Source: an uncultured Alphaproteobacteria bacterium
GTDB taxonomy: Bacteria; Pseudomonadota; Alphaproteobacteria; UBA11222
Assembly: GCA_947258435.1 (NCBI GenBank)
Contig: CAMYID010000011.1
Coordinates: 10,833-74,832 of the forward strand
Direction of reading: 5' to 3'
Length of the DNA stretch: 64,000 nucleotides
Of the stretch, positions 39,123 through 52,874 are shown piece by piece (position 1 is the stretch's first letter; each line of letters starts with the position of its first letter). Below the pieces are notes generated by a model, which was given only the letters and a program-made list of their open reading frames with translations, was not told the origin of the DNA and did not search any database. The position numbers were made by a program, and so were the translations under genes.

Positions 39123-39626
39123 CTAATTCGCCCCGGCGGACGCGGCACCGGCTTCACGCATTGCCCGCGTCAATGCAAGGGTCTGCGAACATGTTGCACC
39201 ACACAGAACTGTCAACCGGCGCAATTTTTCCTGCGCCGCCGCAGTTTCACCTTTCGCAATATCGGATTTGCCGACCATCAGTAAAATCTGCGGATCATCG
39301 GGGCTGATACTCAGGGCGGTGTTAAAGTACTTTTCCGAAATTGCCAAATTGCCCAGACCGGCATGCGCCTGACCAAGCCAGGCAACCGCCCGCGCATTTT
39401 TCGGATCCGCCACTATCGCCAGTTCCAGGGCCCGCCGCGCCGCGTCGAAATCACCCTTTTCGACCAACTGCGCACCGCGCGCGCGATGCCGCTCTGAAAG
39501 GGGGGACTCAGCGGTGACCCCATGCAGTATGCCGGTCAGCATCATCAACAGGATCACCATAACCGCCCCGCCATAAAGAGGGTGGCGACTCGCGATCGAA
39601 GGTAAGATTCGGTAATCCATAGTCAT
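39123..39626 (-). CDS. TPR-repeat hypothetical protein with N-terminal TM segment
   Basis: Hydrophobic N-terminus, then TPR-like repeats (GDFDAARRALELAIVADPKNARAVAWLGQA...). Confidence 0.45.
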   Translation of the reverse strand: MTMDYRILPSIASRHPLYGGAVMVILLMMLTGILHGVTAESPLSERHRARGAQLVEKGDFDAARRALELAIVADPKNARAVAWLGQAHAGLGNLAISEKYFNTALSISPDDPQILLMVGKSDIAKGETAAAQEKLRRLTVLCGATCSQTLALTRAMREAGAASAGAN

Positions 39627-39641
39627 TATGTGTTAGCACGC

Positions 39642-42411
<2,770 letters not shown>

Positions 42412-42513
42412 TTATGGGCGCGGAATATGATCATCCAGACGGCTTGTGTCAATCCGCCATATCAATTTTCTGCGCGATTCATACACCACCTGGCCTGGAT
42501 AGCGGACCGCGCC

Positions 42514-43224
42514 TCAGCTCGTTTCCGCCTCATTTTCAAAGTCGCGATAATCACCCAGAGGGGATTGGCCCGATACTTCTTCTATCGATCGGCCATAAGC
42601 TTCCATGGTGGCCTGACGCATCTGTTCAAGCGGCAGATCAAAGAACGTACCGCGCTGCTGCAGATATTCCATATGCTTGCGCCCCTCCTTGTCGAAGGGG
42701 TGGTAGATTGAATCGTTCACCCCATCAAAATCGAGCGGCAAAATGCCGACTTTTTCGCACAAGGTGAGATTGAACGCGGGTGTCGCTTTCACCCATTTGC
42801 CGCGCAGATAGATATCTGTGTAACCGTGAAACACAAACACATCGGTTCCCATGGACTGGCGCAGTTTCGCAGACGTCAGATGGTTGCGCACATCGGCAAA
42901 GCCAAGCCGCGCAGGCACCCCGGCCGCCCGACAGGCCGCCGCGAGCAAAACCGCCTTCGGCACGCAATAGCCATAGCGCTTCTCAAGACAGACACTTGCC
43001 TTATAAGCATCGTCGCGCCGGTCGATGTTATACGGGTCATAAAAAATTTCATCGCGGACGGCGTAATAAATCGCAAGCGCCTTTTCCAGCGGATCGACCA
43101 TCCCCCGGGTTTTCCGGGCGGCATATGCGATTATTTCGGGATGATCGCTATCGACGAAATGCCCCGGCTTCAGACAATCATCCGGATTATCGGCTGATAA
43201 TGCAGATATATTGGCGATATTCAT
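42514..43224 (-). CDS. Transglutaminase-like cysteine-protease superfamily protein
   Basis: Catalytic GYCVPKAVLLAAACRAAGVPARL (Cys), FHGYTD (His) and a downstream Asp. Confidence 0.6.
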   Translation of the reverse strand: MNIANISALSADNPDDCLKPGHFVDSDHPEIIAYAARKTRGMVDPLEKALAIYYAVRDEIFYDPYNIDRRDDAYKASVCLEKRYGYCVPKAVLLAAACRAAGVPARLGFADVRNHLTSAKLRQSMGTDVFVFHGYTDIYLRGKWVKATPAFNLTLCEKVGILPLDFDGVNDSIYHPFDKEGRKHMEYLQQRGTFFDLPLEQMRQATMEAYGRSIEEVSGQSPLGDYRDFENEAETS

Positions 43225-43266
43225 CGTTCTACTCTCCCGATATCCCCGTAACAGGTTTGTCGCAGC

Positions 43267-44013
43267 CTAGCGGTCCTTGAAGCCGGTTGCCACAACGTAA
43301 ATTTCCTTTGAATCGGACCGGCTCGATTCAGGTTTGTAATGGCGAACTTCGCTGAATTCCTGTTTCAGGCGGTTGAGAATTTCCGTATCCGCCCCGCCGC
43401 GCAAAACTTTCGCGCAGAAGGCGCCGCCCACCGCCAGCACCTCGATCGCAAAAAGCAGGGCTACCTCACACAACGCCATCACCCGCAGATGATCGGTCGC
43501 CCTGTGTCCTGTCGCCGGGGCCGCCATATCGGACAGAATGACATCCGCCTGCCCGCCAAGCGCCTGTTTAACCAGAGCCGGCGCATCGTTGTCGAGAAAA
43601 TCAAGCTGCAGGAAGCGTGCGCCGGCCACAGGCTCCATCTCATTGATATCCACCGCGACGACAATGCCGCGATCACCTGACGCATCCGCAGGCACCGACG
43701 CCCCGAACACACGTTCGACGCAGACCTGCGTCCACCCGCCCGGTGCCGATCCGAGATCAACCACCCGCGCATTTTTTTTCAGAAACCGGAACCGGTCGTC
43801 AATTTCGCGCAATTTATAGGCGGCACGCGAGCGATAGCCGTCCCTTTTCGCGGCCGCGACATAGGGGTCATTGAGCTGCCGTTCCAACCAGCGCGTCGAG
43901 GAGTTGGAACGCCCGCGCGCGGTTTTGACACGCTGGCGCGGCTCACGGCTGCCCGCGATGCCGCCTGTTCCCTTGCCGCGCTTCTGGCGCTTGTCTGTCT
44001 GTCGTTTACGCAT
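43267..44013 (-). CDS. rlmE: 23S rRNA (uridine2552-2'-O)-methyltransferase RlmE (FtsJ) with basic N-terminal extension
   Basis: WLERQLNDPYVAAAKRDGYRSRAAYKLREIDD...VVDLGSAPGGWTQV. Confidence 0.85.
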   Translation of the reverse strand: MRKRQTDKRQKRGKGTGGIAGSREPRQRVKTARGRSNSSTRWLERQLNDPYVAAAKRDGYRSRAAYKLREIDDRFRFLKKNARVVDLGSAPGGWTQVCVERVFGASVPADASGDRGIVVAVDINEMEPVAGARFLQLDFLDNDAPALVKQALGGQADVILSDMAAPATGHRATDHLRVMALCEVALLFAIEVLAVGGAFCAKVLRGGADTEILNRLKQEFSEVRHYKPESSRSDSKEIYVVATGFKDR

Positions 44014-44046
44014 AACTGTATATCGGTGGTCCTGTATCTCTGGCCG

Positions 44047-45018
44047 CTAACGCAGTGATTGCCGGACCTCTTCATCCTGCCGCATCAGCGTTGTCAGAAT
44101 GCCTTCACGCAAGCCGCGATCGGCAACCCGCACCCGTTCAGCAGGCCAGATATCGGTGATAGCCTCCAATATGGCACAGCCGGCCACGACAAGATCTGCC
44201 CGTTCAGGTCCCACGCATGGATTGGCGACCCGATCACGATGCTGCATCGTTGTAATCCTGCGCGACACCTCGCGCAGATCCTGAAGCATCATCCATGCGC
44301 CATCGACACGGGAACGATCATAGCGGCGCAGCCCCATATGCACGCCGGCCAGCGTTGTCACGGTACCCGACATGCCAAGCATCTGCACACCTTTACCGGT
44401 CGCGAAATAACGCTGCAAATTGTTCTGCAGCTCAAAATCGCGCAACTGACCGGCCACATCATCCACCATCGCCGCATAGGCGGACGGGCTGATCTCGATC
44501 CCGCCATGCTTTTCTGACAGCGTCACGACACCGTGGCGCATACTGGTCCAGCTGATGATTTCAGGATCGCGCACATTCGCCAGATCAAGCCAGATCAGTT
44601 CGGTACTGCCCCCACCGACATCGAATACCAGCGCATTGCCGCATTGCGAGTCGAGCAGCGGCAAACAGCCGGCAACGGCGAAATTCGCTTCCTCACGGGT
44701 GCTGATGACCGTCAGCTCAATACCGGTCTCCGCCCGGACCCGTTCGACAAACTGATCGCCATTCTCCGCCAGACGGCAGGCTTCGGTCGCGACATTCAGG
44801 GCCCGTGAAACACGGTGACGACGCATCTTGCGCGCGCACACCCGCAGCGCTGAAATCGCGCGGTCCATCGCGGCATCGGACAAACGCCCGGTCTGCCCCA
44901 GCCCTTCCCCCAAACGCACAATCCGGGAAAAGGCATCCACAACCCGAAAACCCCGGCGGGTCGGACGGGCGACAAGCAGCCGGCAATTATTTGTTCCCAG
45001 GTCCAAGGCGCTATACAT
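44047..45018 (-). CDS. ppx: Ppx/GppA-family exopolyphosphatase / guanosine pentaphosphate phosphohydrolase
   Basis: Start MYSALDLGTNNCRLLVA (actin-like ATPase phosphate-1 motif). Confidence 0.75.
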   Translation of the reverse strand: MYSALDLGTNNCRLLVARPTRRGFRVVDAFSRIVRLGEGLGQTGRLSDAAMDRAISALRVCARKMRRHRVSRALNVATEACRLAENGDQFVERVRAETGIELTVISTREEANFAVAGCLPLLDSQCGNALVFDVGGGSTELIWLDLANVRDPEIISWTSMRHGVVTLSEKHGGIEISPSAYAAMVDDVAGQLRDFELQNNLQRYFATGKGVQMLGMSGTVTTLAGVHMGLRRYDRSRVDGAWMMLQDLREVSRRITTMQHRDRVANPCVGPERADLVVAGCAILEAITDIWPAERVRVADRGLREGILTTLMRQDEEVRQSLR

Positions 45019-45307
45019 CTGCGGTCGGTGATTGACCGAACGCAGATAGGAATCACCTGCCCGCATCTTCAGACCTGCGGCTGAGTTTTTGCACGCAATC
45101 CTCTACGGTCCGTCCCTCACTCTTTCGGGTTCGATTCGCGGCACCGCTCCCAATTTCCGATCCGGCAAGCATAGCAAGAAACAGATGCGCCGTCACCGCG
45201 CACATGCGATGTCAACCAATTGGAAATCACGAGTTGACATAATGGGGTCTGGATTACTAGTTTCCACGCGCTCCACAGCACGGTCGGAATGCAGGCCCTG
45301 CGGCGAA

Positions 45308-45381
45308 TGGGGGATAGTTTAGCGGTAGAACTCTCGGCTCTGACCCGAGCAGCCCTGGTTCGAATCCAGGTCCCCCAGCCA
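45308..45381 (+). tRNA. tRNA-Gln (anticodon CUG), CCA encoded
   Basis: Cloverleaf TGGGGGA/TCCCCCA acceptor with U1-A72 and G73 discriminator as in bacterial tRNA-Gln. Anticodon loop CTCTGAC. T-arm GGTTCGAATCC. Confidence 0.85.
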
Positions 45382-45414
45382 GCAACCGTTTGCCGATACG
45401 CTGCCCACGGCAGT

Positions 45415-45960
45415 TCAGGCGGCAATGACAGGATCTGATTGGGCGACCGGTGTCCCTGCTCCCAGATCGATGAAAGATACCTTGTGCAACTGATCAAGTG
45501 AGCAGGCGCGTTCAGTCTGCCTGTCATATTCGCGCAGCATATTCGCCGACCCGATAAGCTGGGTGATTTTGCCGCGCCGGTCGCGCAGTGGCAAATAGAG
45601 ACATTCAAGCACCACAGCCGCGCCATATTTGGTCCGTATTGCGCGATGCACGCACATCCCGCAAGGGGTGGCCAGCACCTCGCGGTAGCGGGCAGCCGTC
45701 TGCAGGCGGCGGGTCTGCGGCACGATATCAAGATGGCACAGGCCGGTGAAATCGGTGCCCAGCTGATCAACGATAGCGTTGCCGATCAGACGGTATATCA
45801 GCGCGCCTTGCCCCTGATATTCAAGCAGCATCAGATGTGACAGCAATTCGGGGATATCCGCCGGCCTGAACGCCGCGCGATCGGGCACAACCGCATCATC
45901 CCTGATGGCAAGCCAGTAATCCAGCAATGCCTGATTTGCCGGTTCCAGTGTCTTTGTCAC
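45415..45960 (-). CDS. Hypothetical protein, PAS-like fold suspected
   Basis: 181 aa, no clear motifs. Assignment is tentative. Confidence 0.3.
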   Translation of the reverse strand: MTKTLEPANQALLDYWLAIRDDAVVPDRAAFRPADIPELLSHLMLLEYQGQGALIYRLIGNAIVDQLGTDFTGLCHLDIVPQTRRLQTAARYREVLATPCGMCVHRAIRTKYGAAVVLECLYLPLRDRRGKITQLIGSANMLREYDRQTERACSLDQLHKVSFIDLGAGTPVAQSDPVIAA

Positions 45961-46076
45961 CAGAACTTCCCCACTTTATTCACAATTTTATCCACAGTCT
46001 GGAATAATTGTTCGCGCACCCTTAACAATGCGTTAAGGACGATAGAGCGTCATGTTGGAGATTGCAGAAGAGTGCT

Positions 46077-47483
46077 ATGGCTGAGCTGAACCGATCGGAT
46101 CCTTTGCATATCGTGGGCGGCGGCCTGGCCGGTTGTGAAGCCGCGTGGCAAGCCGCGCGCGCGGGCATGTCGGTCATCTTGCATGAAATGCGCCCCCTGC
46201 GGCAGACCGCAGCACATGAGACCGACCAGCTGGCGGAACTGGTCTGTTCAAATTCATTGCGCTCGGACGACCACCAAAGCAACGCAGTGGGATTACTGCA
46301 TGAAGAATTGCGGCGCGCAGGCTCACTGATCATGCACGCAGCCGACCGGAACAAAATCCCCGCCGGGACGGCACTGGCCGTCGACCGGCAGGGCTTTTCG
46401 GCCGAAATTCAGGCGACGCTGGAAAGCCTGCCCAATGTGAGCATTATCCGCGAAACGGTTGAAACCATCCCGGCAGACGAGTGGCAGGACGTCATTGTCG
46501 CAACCGGCCCCCTGACCTCAGACGGGCTTGCCGCCTGGATCGGCGCTTTGACCGATGAGGCGGCCCTGGCCTTTTTCGACGCGATTGCGCCGGTTGTCTA
46601 CACAGACAGCATCGATTTTGATAAAGCCTGGTTTCAGTCGCGCTACGACAAATCGAGCAGCGACGGAAACGGCAAAGACTATATCAACTGCCCGCTTGAC
46701 GAATCTCAATACAACATATTTATCAACAATTTACTTGATGGTGATAAAGTCCCGTTTAAAGAATGGGAACGGGACACACCCTATTTTGAGGGCTGTCTGC
46801 CCATTGAAGTGATGGCTGAGCGCGGACCGGAAACCCTGCGCTATGGGCCGCTGAAACCCGTTGGCCTGACAAACCCGCATGCGGCGGAAAAGCCCTATGC
46901 GGTGGTGCAGCTTCGCCAGGATAACGCCCTGGGCAGCCTGTATAATATGGTCGGCTTCCAGACCAAGCTGACCCATGGCGAACAAACCCGCATCTTCCGC
47001 ACATTGCCGGGGCTTGAAAATGCTCGCTTTGCACGGCTGGGCGGCATCCATCGCAATACGTTCCTGAACAGCCCGCGCCTGCTGGACCGCACATTACGGC
47101 TCAAAGCTGCACCACATCTGCGTTTTGCGGGGCAGATCACAGGTGTGGAAGGCTATGTCGAGAGCGCCGCGACGGGCTTGCTGGCAGGCCGTTTTGCCAC
47201 CGCCGGCAGGTTGGGCCACAGGCTGCCGATGCCGCCGGCCACGACCGCGCTGGGCGCGTTGCTGAATCACATTACCGGCGATGCCAATACCGACTGCTTC
47301 CAGCCGATGAATATCAATTTCGGCCTGTTTCCCCCCCTGGCGGCGGAACATCGGCCGCAAACGGGCAAGCGGCTGAAGCGCGGCGAACGCAAGCTGGCGC
47401 GCAAGGCAGGGCTTTGCCTGCGCGCGCTGGAAGAGATCGGGCAGTGGCTGCAATTGCCGGAGAATGCGGCCTGGCGGTCATAA
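46077..47483 (+). CDS. trmFO: Methylenetetrahydrofolate--tRNA-(uracil54-C5)-methyltransferase TrmFO
   Basis: FAD motif [16 protein letters not shown] ... CSNSLR; length and blocks match TrmFO/Gid. Confidence 0.9.
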   Translation: MAELNRSDPLHIVGGGLAGCEAAWQAARAGMSVILHEMRPLRQTAAHETDQLAELVCSNSLRSDDHQSNAVGLLHEELRRAGSLIMHAADRNKIPAGTALAVDRQGFSAEIQATLESLPNVSIIRETVETIPADEWQDVIVATGPLTSDGLAAWIGALTDEAALAFFDAIAPVVYTDSIDFDKAWFQSRYDKSSSDGNGKDYINCPLDESQYNIFINNLLDGDKVPFKEWERDTPYFEGCLPIEVMAERGPETLRYGPLKPVGLTNPHAAEKPYAVVQLRQDNALGSLYNMVGFQTKLTHGEQTRIFRTLPGLENARFARLGGIHRNTFLNSPRLLDRTLRLKAAPHLRFAGQITGVEGYVESAATGLLAGRFATAGRLGHRLPMPPATTALGALLNHITGDANTDCFQPMNINFGLFPPLAAEHRPQTGKRLKRGERKLARKAGLCLRALEEIGQWLQLPENAAWRS

Positions 47484-48380
47484 CCCGTGCGCGAGCTTTC
47501 GGGGCCGCAGGAGCTGGCGCATCAGCCATATCTGCCGCCGGTAGACAGGCACCTGCATGGATTTGTCAAACGGGTCGAACTTCGCACGCGACAGCAAGCG
47601 AAGATAGCCCGCACACAAGCTGATCAGCCAGCCAAGCGGCCGCATCTGTTGTTCAAGAAACAGTGGTTCGCCTGCGGCACAGTGCAGCCTTTCACGTGCC
47701 GTTACCGCCATTTCTTCCGTCATGCGCATGACCGCATCGTGATTTTCGGCTGTCCGCAAACCGGTGCGCCGTAACCCGTAAGCGGCAAGCCAGGATGGCG
47801 CGATCCTGAGTATCTGACTGCCCGATGCGTAATCGCCGAGCGACAGGATCTGCAATATGAGCTGATACCCCTCAGACAGCGCACCGATGGCGGACCGGGC
47901 GGATACGGCAGGCGGCACCGGCAGCTCCCCGCTGGCACGATCACCGGCAAGCGCCGTGGCTGCAAGATCGAAGGCGGCAGAAAGGCCCGGAAATGGCGGT
48001 GCATCCGCCTGTCCTTCCGCCGCGGCGGCAAAGTCCGCAGAAAAGCCGTCAATCAGGCTGTCCAAGCCTGCGCGCGGTATATGCTGACCGGTAATCGCCT
48101 GGATAAGCGGTGCCGATAATGGGTGCATGTTCTGACCATGCCCCGACGCAATCGCATCGATCAGTTCACGCCACCATTGCAGGCGAATCTCCCCGAGCAT
48201 CGGTTCGGACACAAGGTCCGGAATCCGTGCCAGTTCGAATTCAAGCGCATATATGGTGAACAGGGTCCGGCGTTTTTCCGGCGACGCAAAAAGCCCGGTC
48301 AGAAACCGGTCACGATCCCCCTGCCGCACACGCTGCGTTAACTCAGCGATCTGCCGCGCTTCCAGTTCGGCACCTACCAT
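47478..48380 (-). CDS. Squalene/phytoene-synthase-family protein
   Basis: [29 protein letters not shown], typical of the SQS/PSY family. Confidence 0.5.
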   Translation of the reverse strand: MVGAELEARQIAELTQRVRQGDRDRFLTGLFASPEKRRTLFTIYALEFELARIPDLVSEPMLGEIRLQWWRELIDAIASGHGQNMHPLSAPLIQAITGQHIPRAGLDSLIDGFSADFAAAAEGQADAPPFPGLSAAFDLAATALAGDRASGELPVPPAVSARSAIGALSEGYQLILQILSLGDYASGSQILRIAPSWLAAYGLRRTGLRTAENHDAVMRMTEEMAVTARERLHCAAGEPLFLEQQMRPLGWLISLCAGYLRLLSRAKFDPFDKSMQVPVYRRQIWLMRQLLRPRKLAHGL

Positions 48381-48576
48381 GCCGCACCGAAATTCAAAAC
48401 AAGGTTCTCACCGGGGCTTAAATTCATTATCCTCTAACCAGGCTGACCGTTATGGTGAATAGATGCAAATTCCATAGGGTGCTGAAAAACTGCACCCAGG
48501 GGTGGCCGAGCGCGGCATAATACCGCAAGCTAAGTTTCAACAATATCGATTCGTAAGGGGGAAGGGGAGCAAACCA

Positions 48577-49281
48577 ATGGCAGCAATTTTAACTTCTCTG
48601 CAAAATACGGTGATCGCGGGCCTGGTCCTGGCTGCGATCTTGTTCGCAATCGCGATCGGCTCGTTCGGGGTCGGCGTGGATCAGGCATTCTGGGCTTTTG
48701 TGTTCCGTTGGTTCCATGTCCTGTCAGGTGTGATGTGGATCGGCCTGCTGTGGTACTTCAACTTTGTCCAGATTCCCAACATGCCAAATATCCCGGACGA
48801 GCAGAAGCCGGCAATTGGCAAGGTCATCGCACCGGCCGCGCTGTTCTGGTTCCGCTGGGGCGCCATGGCGACAATCGTCACCGGCCTCATTCTGGCTCAC
48901 CTGAACGGTTATCTGGTTGACGCCCTGACGCTGAGCCTTGCTGGTGGCGGCGACATGCCCGCCGCTCTGGAAGGTGCCGGCAAGATGATGTCCGAAGCTG
49001 GTGCCGCCGCGGGAATGGATAGCGGTATTCTTGATGGCATTGTCGAGAAGAACTTCGTGATCGGCATTGGCATGTGGCTGGGCACGATCATGTGGTTCAA
49101 TGTCTGGTTCATCATCTGGCCGAGCCAGCAAAAAGCATTGAATATCGACAACAAATATCCCGATATTGATGCAGACTCCAAAGCAGCCGCGGCACGGCGC
49201 GCAATGCTGTTCTCACGGACGAACACATTGCTGTCGATCCCGATGCTGTTCTGCATGGTTGCGGCTCAGAACCTGTTCTGA
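48577..49281 (+). CDS. Integral membrane protein (COG3748 / PuuD-N-terminal-domain-like), function unknown
   Basis: Strong GGGAAGGGGAG RBS. Four or five TM helices. HVLSGVMWIGLLWYFNF motif. Confidence 0.4.
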   Translation: MAAILTSLQNTVIAGLVLAAILFAIAIGSFGVGVDQAFWAFVFRWFHVLSGVMWIGLLWYFNFVQIPNMPNIPDEQKPAIGKVIAPAALFWFRWGAMATIVTGLILAHLNGYLVDALTLSLAGGGDMPAALEGAGKMMSEAGAAAGMDSGILDGIVEKNFVIGIGMWLGTIMWFNVWFIIWPSQQKALNIDNKYPDIDADSKAAAARRAMLFSRTNTLLSIPMLFCMVAAQNLF

Positions 49282-49317
49282 GCCTGCGTCCAGATAACGC
49301 ATCACCGTCACCGCAGA

Positions 49318-49350
49318 GGGCCGGCTTCTTCCGAAGCCGGCCCTTTTTTA
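49318..49350 (+). terminator. Rho-independent terminator
   Basis: GGGCCGGCTTC-TTCC-GAAGCCGGCCC hairpin followed by TTTTTTAT. Confidence 0.7.
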
Positions 49351-49438
49351 TGTTTGCGGACAGAAATCAGGACAAAAAAATCCCGGCAACCATGCAGTGC
49401 CGGGATTCGGAAATACGCCAGCGAAACTTGCTACACCG

Positions 49439-50770
49439 CTATCCCTCGAACTTGATATGTTTGAGGGCATCGCGATCCACGACCGGATCACGCTGCACGC
49501 CGCTTGTCAGTTTCTGCTTGCCCGGCAGGCGGGTGAACGGATCCTTGAGGCCGATTTCCTTCGCATAGTCGCGAATTGCGGGGACGACATGTTCACCCAG
49601 CAGCCGCAGGCTGGTCATGCGGTCTTCATTGCCAACCGGCCCCTGAACCGCAAAGAAGGTGAACACGCCGGGCCGGATGACGTCCAGGATCTGTTTGACC
49701 TTGGGGATAACCGTATCGGGCGTACCGATCAGAATCTGGTGATTTCGCTGCGCCTTCTCAAAGCCTGCGACCAGTTTCTTACGCACCTCATCGTAATTCA
49801 CATCTTCGGTGGCGGCACCGCCTTCGGCATTGATTTTCTCCCGACTGATACCAAGCCAGCTGCCGCCCGGCTGCTTTGCCAGCATGCGAATGGCGTTCTT
49901 GGAATTATATCCCGGCGGCAATGTATGCTCGGGCCGGGAAAATGCGCCCTGCCCGCCGCCATAAACAAAGTTCCGGCCAAGCTCCTGCGCCTTTTCCTCC
50001 GTCTCGGCCAGGAATGTCGGAATAAGATAACCGAAATTCTCTGACCCGGCCTGATAGCCATGCTTGGCAGCCTGGTCAGCATAAAAATCCCACAGATCCG
50101 CCGTCGGCCCGAGCGAGGTGCCAAGCCCGATATAGGGATAGGCATGATCGGCACACCACAGAACCGTTTCCGGGCTCAATACCCCCGGAATCCACATTTG
50201 CGGATAGGGTTTCTGATAGGGCAAAGCCCACGGATTTACATGCCGATAGTGGAAATGTTTCCCCTCATAACGCCATGGGCCGGGGCGCGTCCATGCCTGC
50301 ACGATGAAGTCATGCGCTTCATTGAACATCTCGCGGTTATAGGCGGGGTTTGCGTTATTGAAGAACTGCTCGCTGCCCGCGCCGCGCACCCAACCGGTGA
50401 CCAGCCGACCGCGAGAAATCAGGTCGATTTCCGCAAGCTCTTCCGCCATACGCAGCGGATGTTTGATAACAGGCAGCGGATTGCCGATCAGCACGATCTT
50501 TACCTTTCTGGTAATCCGCGCCAGGATCGCCGCCTCCACATTCATCACGCTGCCCATGCAAAACGGGTTGCCATGGTGTTCATTCAATGCGACAGCATCA
50601 AAGCCGAGTTCTTCGGCATAACACGCTTCGTCAAGAAAATAGTTGTAATCATCGGCCGCCTTCTCGCGATCGAACTGTGCATTTGAAACCGCAAAAAAAG
50701 CCCTGTTTTTGAGAACTTCCTCTTCCTTTACCCAACGGTAGGGACGCTCTGTGAAGTAGCCTAGCTTCAT
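49439..50770 (-). CDS. LLM-class flavin-dependent oxidoreductase (third in the window)
   Basis: Start MKLGYFTERPY... with LLM blocks (ALNEHHGNPF, LISRGRLVTGWVRG). Confidence 0.7.
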   Translation of the reverse strand: MKLGYFTERPYRWVKEEEVLKNRAFFAVSNAQFDREKAADDYNYFLDEACYAEELGFDAVALNEHHGNPFCMGSVMNVEAAILARITRKVKIVLIGNPLPVIKHPLRMAEELAEIDLISRGRLVTGWVRGAGSEQFFNNANPAYNREMFNEAHDFIVQAWTRPGPWRYEGKHFHYRHVNPWALPYQKPYPQMWIPGVLSPETVLWCADHAYPYIGLGTSLGPTADLWDFYADQAAKHGYQAGSENFGYLIPTFLAETEEKAQELGRNFVYGGGQGAFSRPEHTLPPGYNSKNAIRMLAKQPGGSWLGISREKINAEGGAATEDVNYDEVRKKLVAGFEKAQRNHQILIGTPDTVIPKVKQILDVIRPGVFTFFAVQGPVGNEDRMTSLRLLGEHVVPAIRDYAKEIGLKDPFTRLPGKQKLTSGVQRDPVVDRDALKHIKFEG

Positions 50771-50824
50771 TGTTCTTATCCTTCGTATCCAATTCCGAAC
50801 CGGTCCTGCCATCCGAGCGGACGC

Positions 50825-51691
50825 TCAATCGGCAAGAAACCCCTTCACCGCCCTGATAAAGGCGTCCGGATTTTCGATTTCGGGCCGATGGCCCGCTTCG
50901 GGAATTTCCGCAATCTGCGCGGACGGAATTGCTTTCTTGTACGCCTCGATACAGCCGCGCGGTGTAAAGTCATCCCTAAGCCCCCAGACAAGCAACGTTC
51001 CGGTATCGGTTACCCCTTGCAGCAAATGCCCAAGACTTGGATTGAACATATAAGGTTCCCAGCCAAGGCGCGCGGTCTCCGAACGGGCATCCTCGAACAA
51101 CTCAAACTGCTCCGGCGACATATCGCCACCATAAATCTTCGCAAATTCAGGAGCTTCCGTATTCCACACCGTGAGGACAAGATGCGTGCGGATCGTCTTG
51201 TCGAACATATCCATGATTTGGCCGTCTTCAGGCTTCAGCCCCATCGGCCCGACCAGTACCATCTTGCCGAATATGTCCGGATTGGAGGCTGCCATCTCAG
51301 CCGCGATGAAAGCGCCGGCTGAAAAACCGATCACATCCACCTGGCCTAAATTCATGTCGCGCAGCACACGCTGATAGAACCCGCCCAGATCGCGATAATT
51401 CATGATCCAGTCGAGGCGCGGCGTCTTGCCGAACCCCGGCTGCAGGGGAATGATCAGCTCCCGCTCCGCAGCCAGCGCCTCATTCCAGCCCATCCAGCCT
51501 GTATAGCCAAGCTCATCATGGAAAATGACAAGCGGACGACCGCTGCCGCCCCGCACCAGTGTAAGTTCGGTGCCCCCCGCCTTTATGGTCTGTTCTGTTT
51601 CCTGAGCCAATGACGAATCCTCCCCGGCGTTGCCAATATTGTCGCACCCACCTGATGGCAAATCGGCATCGGTGAGACCACCGGCAGGCAT
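50825..51691 (-). CDS. Alpha/beta-hydrolase-fold protein
   Basis: Nucleophile elbow GFSAG. Start possibly internal to the listed ORF. Confidence 0.6.
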   Translation of the reverse strand: MPAGGLTDADLPSGGCDNIGNAGEDSSLAQETEQTIKAGGTELTLVRGGSGRPLVIFHDELGYTGWMGWNEALAAERELIIPLQPGFGKTPRLDWIMNYRDLGGFYQRVLRDMNLGQVDVIGFSAGAFIAAEMAASNPDIFGKMVLVGPMGLKPEDGQIMDMFDKTIRTHLVLTVWNTEAPEFAKIYGGDMSPEQFELFEDARSETARLGWEPYMFNPSLGHLLQGVTDTGTLLVWGLRDDFTPRGCIEAYKKAIPSAQIAEIPEAGHRPEIENPDAFIRAVKGFLAD

Positions 51692-51889
51692 TATTGTTAC
51701 ACCCGGCCATTCAGATGGTAAGCGACCACAATCTCTTATACGGAATTGAACCTGCCTTCGCGGCTTTGTTCAAGTCCATTCAGTGTGAATTGAGATGATT
51801 TTAAAGCGACCGATCGCCGCGCCCCTGACAGGAGGCTGGTGGCGCACGCCACGCCGCACCACGCTGCGAATTGGCGCTGTTCCGCTCTG

Positions 51890-52840
51890 TCAGCCGGCTT
51901 TCTTGCCGCCAGCACCGGCCGGCTGCAGCCCGGACCAGTCACGCTTTACACCCAGAACCAACAAAAGGGGCGCGGCTATAAAGATTGAGGAATAGGTCCC
52001 CACAACAACCCCCCAGATCATCGCAAAGGTAAAACCGCGAATGACCTCACCCCCGAAGATATAAAGCGCCAGCAGCGCAAGCAAAGTCGTCAGGGAGGTC
52101 ATGGCCGTACGCGCCAGGGTTTCATTCACAGACAGGTTCAAAAGGTCCTGCAGCGGCATTTTCTTGTATTTGCGCAGATTTTCACGCACCCGGTCGTAAA
52201 CCACCACCGTGTCATTCATCGAATAGCCCACAATGGTAAGAATGGCTGCAATGATCGACAGGTTGAATTCAAGCTGCAGCAGCGAAAAGATACCGATCGT
52301 CAGCACCACATCGTGTAACAGCGCCACCACCGCGCCAACGCTGAACTGCCATTCGAAGCGGAACCAGATATAGACCAGCATCGCAATCACCGCGAGAACC
52401 ACAGCAAGGGTCCCCGCCTCCACCAGCTCACCGCTGATTTTCGGCCCGACGACTTCGACCCGGCGATAGTTGATCGGGCTGCCATATTCCTGATCGAGCG
52501 CGGCTTTCAGGGTTGCCACCACAGCCTGCTGCGCCTTTTCGCCACCGCTTTGCTGTTCTACCCGGATCAGCACATCTTCTGGCTGACCGAAGGACTGCAC
52601 CTGTACATCGCCAAGCTCGAGTGCGGATGCAATTGCACGAATTCGCGTCAGATCCGCTGGCCCCTGGGTCCCGATTTCAACCATCGTGCCGCCCCGGAAA
52701 TCAATCCCGTAATTCAGCCCCGCAACCGCAAATAGCAGCAAAGAGCCAACCGCAAACAGCGTCGATAGCAGAAAACTCGCCTTCCGGAAGGCGATAAACT
52801 TGATAGTGGTGGTTTCGGGGACAAGTTTCAGGCGAAACAT
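51890..52840 (-). CDS. secF: Protein translocase subunit SecF
   Basis: Start MFRLKLVPETTT. Six TM helices. Conserved SecF blocks. Confidence 0.9.
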   Translation of the reverse strand: MFRLKLVPETTTIKFIAFRKASFLLSTLFAVGSLLLFAVAGLNYGIDFRGGTMVEIGTQGPADLTRIRAIASALELGDVQVQSFGQPEDVLIRVEQQSGGEKAQQAVVATLKAALDQEYGSPINYRRVEVVGPKISGELVEAGTLAVVLAVIAMLVYIWFRFEWQFSVGAVVALLHDVVLTIGIFSLLQLEFNLSIIAAILTIVGYSMNDTVVVYDRVRENLRKYKKMPLQDLLNLSVNETLARTAMTSLTTLLALLALYIFGGEVIRGFTFAMIWGVVVGTYSSIFIAAPLLLVLGVKRDWSGLQPAGAGGKKAG

Positions 52841-52874
52841 CCGCACTGTCCTTTTCGTTTCTGAGCAGAATGGC

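Noticed and set aside
45234-45262. Candidate sigma70 promoter (TTGACA ... CATAAT) upstream of tRNA-Gln
   Set aside because: The hexamers are present but the spacing does not fit a canonical 17 +/- 1 bp arrangement, so I could not place it confidently.
45308-45960. Possible integrative element at tRNA-Gln
   Set aside because: No integrase, direct repeat of the tRNA 3' end, or compositional shift is visible. The downstream genes (trmFO, guaB and others) are core genes.
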